Positions 54,722 to 63,103 of a DNA stretch of 64,000 bases are shown one piece after another. The notes below the pieces were generated by a model that saw only the letters and a program-made list of their open reading frames with translations, was not told the DNA's origin and ran no database searches. Within the stretch, counting starts at the first letter, position 1. Every line of letters starts with the position of its first letter. Source of the DNA: Patescibacteria group bacterium (lineage in GTDB: Bacteria; Patescibacteriota; Minisyncoccia; Phycocordibacterales; PALSA-1337); assembly GCA_040387635.1 (NCBI GenBank), contig JAZKDJ010000001.1:243851-307850 (forward strand), given 5' to 3'. Both the position numbers and the translations under genes were made by a program.

Positions 54722-55606
54722 ATGAAGAACCCCACCTCCCTCCAGGTAAAGAATTTCCAGAAAGCCATTTGGGCTTACTACAAAAAGCATCGTCGTTCTT
54801 TTCCTTGGCGAGAAAACATCACCGAATACAATGTTGCCATCTCTGAAATCATGCTCCAACAGACACAGGCTCCTAGAGTAGTAAGTAAATATCTTTCATT
54901 TATCAAAAAGTTTCCTTCTTGGAAATCCCTCGCACAAGCTCCTCTGCATGATGTACTCGCAGAATGGAAAGGTCTTGGCTACAATCGCCGCGCTCTCAAC
55001 CTTCAGAAATTAGCAAAAATCGTAACAAACGATCTCAAAGGAAAACTTCCACAAACCCCAACGGCTTTAATTGAGTTACCAAGCATTGGTCCCAACACGG
55101 CTGGATCTATCATGGCATTCGCTTGGAATATCCCCCACCCTTTTATTGAAACAAATATTCGAAGTGTTTACATTCATTTTTTCTTTAACAAATCCAAAGC
55201 AAAAATTCATGACAAAGAAATTCTTAAGATCGTCGAAATAACTCTCGACCGCAAGAATGCACGCGAGTGGTATTACGCCCTTATGGATTACGGGGTAATG
55301 CTCAAGGCCCAGATGAAACTCGAGAGCAAGCTCGATCCATCACGCAAAAGCAAACATTACACAAAACAAAAATCTTTTAAGAATTCAAATCGTGAAGTGA
55401 GATCGCTCATTTTATCTACGTTATTAAAAGGCCCTGCGACTCAGCAAAAAATTATTGATGCGGTCATCCTCGCAAAAAGTATCTACCGAACCGAAGAAAA
55501 TATCATAAAGAATTTGCTCACCTTAGAAAAAGAAGGATTCATCCAACGAAAAAAGCAGGATCAAATGAATGACCCTGCTTTTGAGATTTCTTCGAGCGAA
55601 GCTTAG
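54722..55606 (+). CDS. mutY: MutY-family HhH-GPD DNA glycosylase lacking the Fe-S cluster cysteines and the NUDIX-like C-terminal domain
   Basis: FQKAIWAYYKKHRRSFPWRENITEYNVAISEIMLQQTQAPRVV..AEWKGLGYNRRALNLQKLAKIV..LPSIGPNTAGSIMAFAW matches the MutY pattern. The whole protein has zero Cys. The C-terminal ~90 aa look like a winged-helix domain. Confidence 0.65.
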   Translation: MKNPTSLQVKNFQKAIWAYYKKHRRSFPWRENITEYNVAISEIMLQQTQAPRVVSKYLSFIKKFPSWKSLAQAPLHDVLAEWKGLGYNRRALNLQKLAKIVTNDLKGKLPQTPTALIELPSIGPNTAGSIMAFAWNIPHPFIETNIRSVYIHFFFNKSKAKIHDKEILKIVEITLDRKNAREWYYALMDYGVMLKAQMKLESKLDPSRKSKHYTKQKSFKNSNREVRSLILSTLLKGPATQQKIIDAVILAKSIYRTEENIIKNLLTLEKEGFIQRKKQDQMNDPAFEISSSEA

Positions 55607-56118
55607 TGTACTCCTGAAGCAAACTCGCGAACTTCTAACGACGAGTTCAACACGTCAGTTTGTTCGGAAACCAGTGTATCGAGAAAGATCGTTGCCACCA
55701 CAGTAGCCATCATCACCTGCTCAGCAGATTCGAAATCCTTTTCAGTGCAAAGATCGCACTCATCAGGATCGGCAATGAACGTCTGTACCAAAAAAAGTGC
55801 AATCGAACGAAGGTCAATGAATTGGCAATCGCTGCCATCGGGAATTGTCCAATTCGTCACATCGATGAAGCCCACAATGTTCAGGACAGCAAACCTCAGC
55901 CGTTCACTACCCATCTTTTGTCGCGTCTCCCGACACCATTCAAGAAACTCTGAGAAAGCTATCTCAGCACTCTCAAAATTAAACCGAATGGCGATACTAT
56001 TCACCTCATCAAGGAACTTACTTTCCGGATGTGGCCTGATCATAATCTCCCGATAGTCACTGCCATCGATACAGCGATGCACCGCCACCAAAAAAAGATT
56101 GTCGCGATTGGCAAGCAT
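55603..56118 (-). CDS. Hypothetical cytoplasmic protein
   Basis: 171-aa ORF with no motif recognised. It is convergent with the MutY-like gene (4-nt overlap). Confidence 0.45.
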   Translation of the reverse strand: MLANRDNLFLVAVHRCIDGSDYREIMIRPHPESKFLDEVNSIAIRFNFESAEIAFSEFLEWCRETRQKMGSERLRFAVLNIVGFIDVTNWTIPDGSDCQFIDLRSIALFLVQTFIADPDECDLCTEKDFESAEQVMMATVVATIFLDTLVSEQTDVLNSSLEVREFASGVH

Positions 56119-56205
56119 GGTGTTAAGGGTTCTCTACTAAAACACTACGTCACCAAACACCCTCTGTCAATGCATTTTTGGCGCTCTATTATATACAATT
56201 ACCAT

Positions 56206-58452
56206 ATGCCCGAACTCGCAAAAACTTCTCCAACCACATCCACTCCCTCTCTCACACTCCGCACTCCTGTAACTAAGCTAAGCCGCATTAACGCAGGTCA
56301 GGAGAAAGCCCTGCAAAAACTCGGCATCAAAACTGTTGAAGATCTTCTCTATCATTTCCCTGCTCGATACGGTGACACGTCCGAAACATTTAATATCCAA
56401 TCTCTTCAGCGTGGACAACAAGCAGTTGTCTTTGGAAGAATCACTGATCTCAAAACTGGCAAAGGTTTCAAGACTCGAGTCTCTATGGCTACAGGAACCG
56501 TTGAAGACGAATCTGGGTCAATTCAATGTGTCTGGTTTAACCAACCATATCTCGCCAAGATGACGGCAGAAGGAGCGATGGTCCGAATCGAAGGAAAAGT
56601 TTCCCAAAAGAAACCAAAGAAAGACGCAGCGGGTGCGGAGATCCCAGGCAAGCTGTATTTCTCAAATCCAAAAATCGAAATCGTAAACAAGCTCCCTGTA
56701 GGCGTTGGCGAATCACTTTTTGGTGACGAGAGTGGTGACCATACACTGTATCCAATCTATCCCGAATCAAGAGGTGTCACATCCAACTGGATGTACCATG
56801 CTATCCAAAGAGTTTTCAAAAGCGGACTCCTTGAATCCCTCGTCGATCCTATTCCAACCGACATTCTCACTAAATACAATCTCCCCTCACTCAAGACCGC
56901 CATTATTTGGATTCATACTCCACTCAAACAGTCAGACGCCCAGGCAGCCCGTAAGCGCTTTGCATTCGAAGAAGTTTTCTTCATTCAGCTCGGAAAATTC
57001 AAACTTCGAAAAGAATACGAAAAGGAAAAAGCCTTTCGCATCGAGACTCAGGCACAAACCGCGCAAGAGTTTACCAAAAGATTTCCGTTCGAACCTACTG
57101 ATGCCCAAAAGAATGCCATTAGCGCAATCCTCGATGACTTCAAAAAAGGCTACCCTATGTCGCGCCTTCTCGAAGGAGACGTAGGTTCAGGCAAAACCGC
57201 AGTGGCTGCAGCAACTGTATATGCAGTCACAACGACGCGCCCAGCAGGCAAAACAGCAGGCTTCCTCCAAACCGCCTACATGTGCCCTACCGAAATTCTT
57301 GCCACGCAACATTTCGAATCTTTCATTCAATACTTCGCATACCTTGGTATCAACATCGCACTTATCACTGGAAGCGGTTGCAGAAAGTTTCCTTCAAAGG
57401 TAAATCCAAAAGGCTGGACTGATATCTCTCGTACACAGCTTCTTAAGTGGGTAGCCAACGGCGAGATTCCTATCCTCATCGGTACGCACGCTCTCATTCA
57501 AAAAGCAGTAAAATTCAAAGACCTCGCATATGTCATCATCGACGAGCAGCACCGCTTCGGAACATCGCAGCGTTCCAAGCTCGTACGCAAAGACAGCGCC
57601 ACAGCCAAAATTCCCCACCTACTCTCCATGACCGCGACTCCGATTCCTCGTACCCTCGCGCTTACTGTCTATGGCGACCTCGACCTAACGCTTCTCGACC
57701 AAATGCCTCACGGAAGAAAACCAATCATCACCGAGATCGTTCTTCCCAACAAGCGAGATGAGATCTACGAACATATCCGTACTGAGATAAAAAATGGCAG
57801 ACAGGCATACATTATTTGTCCGCGCATCAACGAACCTGATCCCGACAAGGAAGCTGCGGTTATTGCAAAGTCAGTCAAAGAAGAAGCTAAACGACTGAAG
57901 CGAGATGTCTTCCCTGAATTTTCTATAGGCATTCTTCATAGCAAAATGAAGCCTACTGAGAAGGACAAGGCCATGCTCGAATTCAAACAAGGCAAAACTC
58001 ACATCTTGTGCGCAACATCAGTTGTCGAAGTTGGAGTAAACGTTCCTAACGCCACCATGATCATAATCGAAGGTGGAGAGCGATTTGGATTGGCTCAGCT
58101 TCATCAGCTGCGAGGCCGAGTGATCAGAAGTAATCACCAAGCTTTCTGTTACGTATTTACAGAGAGCAGTGGCGACAAAACCATGGATCGCCTCAATGCT
58201 CTCAAGACTGCCAAGAATGGTTTCGAGCTCGCTGAGTTCGATCTCAAATTCCGAGGTGCAGGTGAACTCTATAATGGTAAACAATGGGGCGTTTCAGACA
58301 TCGCCATGGAAGCCCTCCAAAATCTCAAGATGGTTGAAGCTGCTCGTACCGAAGCAATTTCCATTATAGAAAACCACAAAGATTTGAGTGAACTTCCCCT
58401 TCTCCAGGAGGCACTGGAAAAAAGAAAAAACGACGAGATACATTTTGAATAA
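56206..58452 (+). CDS. recG: ATP-dependent DNA helicase RecG
   Basis: From ATG 56206: a wedge/OB N-terminus (LLYHFPARY), then helicase motifs LEGDVGSGKT, DEQHRFG, MTATPIPRT, SVVEVGVNVPNAT and QLRGRVIR. The track start at 56029 overlaps the upstream minus-strand gene. Confidence 0.95.
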   Translation: MPELAKTSPTTSTPSLTLRTPVTKLSRINAGQEKALQKLGIKTVEDLLYHFPARYGDTSETFNIQSLQRGQQAVVFGRITDLKTGKGFKTRVSMATGTVEDESGSIQCVWFNQPYLAKMTAEGAMVRIEGKVSQKKPKKDAAGAEIPGKLYFSNPKIEIVNKLPVGVGESLFGDESGDHTLYPIYPESRGVTSNWMYHAIQRVFKSGLLESLVDPIPTDILTKYNLPSLKTAIIWIHTPLKQSDAQAARKRFAFEEVFFIQLGKFKLRKEYEKEKAFRIETQAQTAQEFTKRFPFEPTDAQKNAISAILDDFKKGYPMSRLLEGDVGSGKTAVAAATVYAVTTTRPAGKTAGFLQTAYMCPTEILATQHFESFIQYFAYLGINIALITGSGCRKFPSKVNPKGWTDISRTQLLKWVANGEIPILIGTHALIQKAVKFKDLAYVIIDEQHRFGTSQRSKLVRKDSATAKIPHLLSMTATPIPRTLALTVYGDLDLTLLDQMPHGRKPIITEIVLPNKRDEIYEHIRTEIKNGRQAYIICPRINEPDPDKEAAVIAKSVKEEAKRLKRDVFPEFSIGILHSKMKPTEKDKAMLEFKQGKTHILCATSVVEVGVNVPNATMIIIEGGERFGLAQLHQLRGRVIRSNHQAFCYVFTESSGDKTMDRLNALKTAKNGFELAEFDLKFRGAGELYNGKQWGVSDIAMEALQNLKMVEAARTEAISIIENHKDLSELPLLQEALEKRKNDEIHFE

Positions 58453-58454
58453 AC

Positions 58455-58488
58455 AAAAAACCGCTCGATGCTCGAGCGGTTTTTTGTT
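58455..58488. terminator. Bidirectional rho-independent terminator
   Basis: aaaaaaccgctcg-atgct-cgagcggtttttt lies between convergent recG and the 862-aa gene. Confidence 0.85.
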
Positions 58489-58494
58489 TTAACT

Positions 58495-60999
58495 TTATCG
58501 ATTCGTCTTCAGAAGAAATATGTCTGGAGTCGAAGATGTGCTATACGTCGTAAGTTTGAAATTATTTCCAAAGTCAGTGTATACAGCATCTGGAGCAGTA
58601 GCAGTTGGCCTTGAGCCGAACCTACCCACCCAGTACACTCCGTCATTGGCAGCTAAAGTATCAAATACCTCTTCTGATCCATGACCTATGATGCGAGACC
58701 ACACATGACCTCCTGCTGGCGTGAACTTAGCCATACCAGCATTGAATCCGCTTCGCAATACACTTATTGTTCCTCCCCCGAAATCGACTGCTGCTCCTGC
58801 TCGTATTGCTACATAGATATTTGAGAGCTCATCCACCGACACTCCGTTTCCGATATCGGTATTAAAGCTACCAAAAGATTTTGACCAGATATGTCCACCC
58901 GTAGTGCTTGCATACTTAGCAACAAAAACATCTTCTTCACCTACAGGAGTGAGCTGCTGACCTCCCATGTTGCCGCTCAAACGATAATTTCCTACCATAA
59001 CGAGATCATTTGATCGGTCCGCTGCAATTCCACCCGGAGTATCATAACCCGTCGCCCCCGCGCGGTGTGACCATATATGACTTCCTGTTGAAGTAAACTT
59101 TCCATAGAATACATCATAGCTTCCAGCTGATGTTAGCAAACCTTTTAGAGAATCCTCTGGAGCAAGATCAATGTTTACAGAAAATCTTCCTGCAACATAA
59201 ACATTGTTATTTGAATCAATTGCAACTCCAGTGGCTGAATCATCTGTACCACTATTTCCGAATGCTTTTGCCCACGAAGTTAATCCTGTCGATGCCTGAA
59301 GTTTAGCTACGTATGCTTCCTTTCCACCACGATTTGGTAATTGAGGTGCGCCTATCGTCGTAATGTCGAGAAGCGAACCAACAATTACAGGATTACCCGC
59401 TGTATCCAATGTCATTGCAGTAACTGTTTCATCACCTGCGAAATCAGCTGCACTCTCTGAACCAAACGCTCTATGCCAAACATATGCACCATTTGAACGG
59501 TATTTCACTACGAAGGCATCATACCCACCACGCGATACAACCGGAGTCGCTCCAAAGGTTGACGTTGCATAGAAATGACCCGCAACATAAACATCTCCAA
59601 TACTATCTACTGCCATTGCCTGTACACTGCCGGCACTCTCAAATGCTTTTGTCCAAATTACCTGCTGATTATCGGGAGATAGTTTTGCTATGTATGCCCT
59701 ACTGTCTACACTACCTCCTACATAAGCATTTCCAGAAGCGTCGCGTGCAACTGCAAACCCGTAATCACTCGTCAAACCTCCTAATTGTTTTACTGACAAT
59801 GTAGATCCAGGAACTGCAGCTACGTTAGAAACATTCACAGTGACTGAAGACTGAGCTGAGTTTCCTGCTGCATCACGTGCTGTAGCAACCAATGTATGGC
59901 TACCGTTCGCAACTGCTCGAGTATCCCACTGAAGTGAATATGGAGTAATATCGTCATCTGATCCTAGAGATGCACCAGTACCTGTCGTAAAGCGAACGCT
60001 CTGAACTCCAACACTATCCGTAGCATCAGCACCCACAAACACAACACCAGATACAGTACTACCATTCGCTGGTGACAAAAGCGTAACTACAGGTGGAGTA
60101 GTATCCCCCTTTGAAGTTACAGACATTGGATTAGTGCTGATCTTTAGAGATTCATTGCCAGCCGCGTCGAAAGCAGAAATTTTGTATTCATAGAGTTTTC
60201 CGCCAGCAAGATTACTATCTATATATTGCGGAGTTTGAATAGTGGCAATCTTTGAGGACACTCCGTCAGTTATCCTGTACACGTAATAACCTGTAACTCC
60301 GACATTATCGACTGCTGAAAACCACTGCAGGGAAATTGAGCTTGCCGTTATACCAATCTTAAATGGGCCTGTTATAGGAAATGTTGGTGCTATCGTATCA
60401 ACAGTGTCTTTGGGTTCAGCAATAACAGGTACTTTAACAACAGGAGTTGTGGTTGCAATAGGAGTAACTACAGGCGTCGTAGTCGCTGTTGTTGATGGAG
60501 TTGTAGTTGCTGTTGTGTCAGCCAATGTTCTTCTAGCGGCTGATGCTTTCTCAGATTCATTCCCTGCTGCATCAAACGCAGATATTTTGAAGAAATAAAT
60601 AGTATACGGAGTAAGATTTGTAACTCGGTATGAAGTTGTTCCAGTTACAGTAGCAATCAATTCAAAAACCGGCGTAGGATAAACTGCTTTATAAATCTTA
60701 TAGCCAGCCACTCCGACGTTGTCTCTAGACTGCCACCATGTCAGTGTCAGTCCTGTTGATGTAACCCCAGAGATGCTCGGAAGCTGAGGATATGTAGGCG
60801 GCTCAATATCGGTTGATGGAGCAACTTGTGCAGCACCAGATGTCGCCGAGCCATTTAATCGATTGAAAAAATTCTCAAGATGAGAAAAAATCTTTTGCAT
60901 TCCTGAACGTTCCGTCTGCGCTTGAGTTACTACAGGAGAACTTGCGATGATAAAAACAGAGACAAATAAGACTACTAAAAGATGTTTAATGTATTTCAT
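58495..60999 (-). CDS. Large secreted protein: two FN3 domains, Thr-rich linker, bacterial Ig-like domain, C-terminal SBBP-type beta-propeller repeats
   Basis: From ATG 60999: signal peptide MKYIKHLLVVLFVSVFIIASSPVVTQA. FN3 regions are LTLTWWQSRDNVGVAGYKIYK..ISAFDAAGNES, seen twice. The Ig-like region is TLLSPANGSTVSG..ATDSVGVQSVRF..GSHTLVATARDAAGNS. Repeated motifs such as DxxGNxYVxG, YDAFVVKY and EDVFVAKY are typical of SBBP repeats. Confidence 0.7.
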   Translation of the reverse strand: MKYIKHLLVVLFVSVFIIASSPVVTQAQTERSGMQKIFSHLENFFNRLNGSATSGAAQVAPSTDIEPPTYPQLPSISGVTSTGLTLTWWQSRDNVGVAGYKIYKAVYPTPVFELIATVTGTTSYRVTNLTPYTIYFFKISAFDAAGNESEKASAARRTLADTTATTTPSTTATTTPVVTPIATTTPVVKVPVIAEPKDTVDTIAPTFPITGPFKIGITASSISLQWFSAVDNVGVTGYYVYRITDGVSSKIATIQTPQYIDSNLAGGKLYEYKISAFDAAGNESLKISTNPMSVTSKGDTTPPVVTLLSPANGSTVSGVVFVGADATDSVGVQSVRFTTGTGASLGSDDDITPYSLQWDTRAVANGSHTLVATARDAAGNSAQSSVTVNVSNVAAVPGSTLSVKQLGGLTSDYGFAVARDASGNAYVGGSVDSRAYIAKLSPDNQQVIWTKAFESAGSVQAMAVDSIGDVYVAGHFYATSTFGATPVVSRGGYDAFVVKYRSNGAYVWHRAFGSESAADFAGDETVTAMTLDTAGNPVIVGSLLDITTIGAPQLPNRGGKEAYVAKLQASTGLTSWAKAFGNSGTDDSATGVAIDSNNNVYVAGRFSVNIDLAPEDSLKGLLTSAGSYDVFYGKFTSTGSHIWSHRAGATGYDTPGGIAADRSNDLVMVGNYRLSGNMGGQQLTPVGEEDVFVAKYASTTGGHIWSKSFGSFNTDIGNGVSVDELSNIYVAIRAGAAVDFGGGTISVLRSGFNAGMAKFTPAGGHVWSRIIGHGSEEVFDTLAANDGVYWVGRFGSRPTATAPDAVYTDFGNNFKLTTYSTSSTPDIFLLKTNR

Positions 61000-61092
61000 G
61001 ATTAAAATTAACTGCTTGTTCGGATACCTATATCTTACCTTTTCTGGCCGTTTTTGCTTGTCAGAGTGTGTATAAAGATTCAAAGACAGAAT

Positions 61093-61120
61093 AAAGCCTC
61101 GGTGACATCACCGAGGCTTT
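61093..61120 (-). terminator. Hairpin terminator after the glycoside hydrolase gene
   Basis: A 12-bp stem aaagcctcggtg / caccgaggcttt with loop acat. The T-rich tail on the minus strand is weak. Confidence 0.6.
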
Positions 61121-61135
61121 CGCAAGATACTCTTC

Positions 61136-62293
61136 TCAATCAGTTGTTGATTGTCCCGGATCGCCTCGATCAATGGCGACGTGAGCAAGATGCCAAAGAT
61201 TGTTTTCCCCAACAAACTCCACCACCTTCGCCGGCCCACCTTCAGACAGCAGTTTCCCCAGAAGCTTAGGCTTTCCGTCCAGGCGAATGTCGCCGAAATG
61301 ATGCTGCAGAACATCTTCCCAGCCCGTCGTTACTTTGCGAACAGACTCTTCGGATAGATGCATATCATAGAGCGTGAACCAATAAACCCTCTCGATATCA
61401 TGAGCTTCGACTGCTTGCAGCGCATCAACGAAAACAGCTGCCTGTATTTCCTCAAGAAGCTCGTCATCAAACTTAGGATGAGGTCCCGTGGCAGTATGGT
61501 TGGTAGTCGAGAAGCCATACTCAGTCATCCACACCCTGATGTCGCGATCGGTATACCGCGCCAAAAGCCGGTTCATGGTCGACACCCTCTCCTTCCATGG
61601 AGGTGGTGGAGCTTTCTCTTCCCACGTACCTCGAAGACCGTGCATTCCAAAAACATCTACATGCTCGAGAATACCCAGTGTACAAGCGCGCTCCAGCCAC
61701 TGCCCTATAGTGTTCGGCCCGCCCATCACCACTTTTTTCCCAGCTGCATGACATGCCTTCGCACCGGACGCGAACATATTCAGGAACTTAGTTCCATCTG
61801 GATCAAGACTCCCGTCCCAATCTGTTATCAAGTTCGGCTCATTCCATAATTCGAGATATTCGAAATGATTGCCGAATTCGAAGAGGACCTCTGACACGAA
61901 CTGCCCAAACATCTCAGGCTGTCTCGGAGGAGAATTGATGCGAGGCTCAATGCCAAGCTCAGGCGGAGTGTATGTGAGATTTGGAAGGATGGTGAAATGC
62001 TCCGCAAGAAACGGAAGATACCACCTGATCCACTCTTTTCCTCCGGGATAGAACCACTCGGTCCATGAGATTCCAGTCCTGATGTGATTGACTCCCCTTT
62101 TGATCAACTCCCTCGCCATGTTCTCAACAGCCATTTTCTGCTGCTGCAACTTTGGGTCGCTGATCAACTTCGTTTCAATTGCGAGAAGCTTTCCAAGATT
62201 TGCGTTACTAAGGAACTCAGGAAAACACTTGGTCCACACCAAGTATCCCATTGCAGGCTGCACAAGCGGTGTTGCCATATTTTTTCCTTTCAT
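61136..62293 (-). CDS. Cytoplasmic TIM-barrel glycoside hydrolase, clan GH-A-like (GH5/GH39-type motifs)
   Basis: 385 aa with no signal peptide. The acid/base context is YLELWNEPN and the nucleophile context is IRVWMTEYGFS. It lies in a locally GC-richer segment with stacked shadow ORFs. Confidence 0.6.
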   Translation of the reverse strand: MKGKNMATPLVQPAMGYLVWTKCFPEFLSNANLGKLLAIETKLISDPKLQQQKMAVENMARELIKRGVNHIRTGISWTEWFYPGGKEWIRWYLPFLAEHFTILPNLTYTPPELGIEPRINSPPRQPEMFGQFVSEVLFEFGNHFEYLELWNEPNLITDWDGSLDPDGTKFLNMFASGAKACHAAGKKVVMGGPNTIGQWLERACTLGILEHVDVFGMHGLRGTWEEKAPPPPWKERVSTMNRLLARYTDRDIRVWMTEYGFSTTNHTATGPHPKFDDELLEEIQAAVFVDALQAVEAHDIERVYWFTLYDMHLSEESVRKVTTGWEDVLQHHFGDIRLDGKPKLLGKLLSEGGPAKVVEFVGENNLWHLAHVAIDRGDPGQSTTD

Positions 62294-62348
62294 CTTAAAA
62301 GGATTATCCGCTGTGAAGATTAATTTAAAAGTAAGTCCTAATTATCTG

Positions 62349-62422
62349 TGCGCCTGCTTGGATTCGAACCAAGGACCCCAAAGGTATAAGCTTTGTGCTC
62401 TAACCAACTGAGCTACAGGCGC
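62349..62422 (-). tRNA. tRNA-Ile (anticodon TAT)
   Basis: The reverse complement is GCGCCTGTAGCTCAGTTGGTTAGAGCACAAAGCTTATACCTTTGGGGTCCTTGGTTCGAATCCAAGCAGGCGCA. Anticodon stem is CAAAG/CTTTG and loop is C-T-TAT-A-C, so positions 34-36 read TAT. Confidence 0.85.
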
Positions 62423-62525
62423 ATTTATATAGTGCGGTTTTCATCATAAACCAAAATCCCAAAACATGCCACGCTTGCAAAAAATCAGAAGTCGTCTAGA
62501 GTCTATAACAGAACGTGTTTAAAGT

Positions 62526-62984
62526 ATGAGCGCTTGGCGAAAACTTCTAAAAGAATCCCCAACAGATCTTGTTTTCATTGACCTTCCTAAGGATAGAGAT
62601 CCTACGGGGTGGCAAAACCTTCCTGCTGAACGGCCGGGCAATCCCCTGAAGATTCCACTCGGTGGACTAAGCAGCCACTTCAATGGAGCTTTTGAGGATT
62701 TTCTGCGGGAATACCATCCCAAAGGAATTGTCATGAGTTGGCTGGCGAATGGCGACCTTATCTGTCCGTCGAGATACAAACAGATCATCGCTCTCAACTT
62801 CTACAACATCGAGGTGTTTGTGCCTCAACCGTGCGACAACATTCCTGGGACTGGGACCGGCTGCTTCGTTACTCATTACTCCAACGACAATCCATCCGGA
62901 CACACCATCATCGGAGTGGTGGACACTTTCCCCTCCGCGACATCCTTCGAACCGAAGATGCGGAAGCTCATCTACGGGGGTTAA
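62526..62984 (+). CDS. Hypothetical protein (GC-richer islet)
   Basis: 152-aa ORF followed by a strong terminator. No motif recognised, and overlapping shadow ORFs sit on both strands. Confidence 0.45.
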   Translation: MSAWRKLLKESPTDLVFIDLPKDRDPTGWQNLPAERPGNPLKIPLGGLSSHFNGAFEDFLREYHPKGIVMSWLANGDLICPSRYKQIIALNFYNIEVFVPQPCDNIPGTGTGCFVTHYSNDNPSGHTIIGVVDTFPSATSFEPKMRKLIYGG

Positions 62985-63007
62985 TCCTCCATTGCGAAAA
63001 CGTGGCG

Positions 63008-63044
63008 GCCGGCTCAAATTCTTGAGCCGGCTGTTTTTCTTTTC
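63008..63044 (+). terminator. Rho-independent terminator
   Basis: gccggctcaa-attc-ttgagccggc is followed by tgtttttctttt. Confidence 0.85.
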
Positions 63045-63103
63045 ATAATAAGAGGATAACTTCCTCGCCCTAATATCATTTTACTGAAATAATATTAACC
63101 ATC

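Noticed and set aside
56029-56205. 5' extension of the recG ORF
   Set aside because: The extension overlaps the minus-strand gene 55603..56118 and adds non-RecG sequence. ATG 56206 precedes the conserved wedge-domain N-terminus.
61054-63048. Numerous 60-163-aa ORFs overlapping the glycoside hydrolase gene and the 152-aa ORF
   Set aside because: Same reasoning as above. They are shadow ORFs in a GC-richer segment with no motifs, and the long hydrolase frame carries recognisable catalytic motifs.
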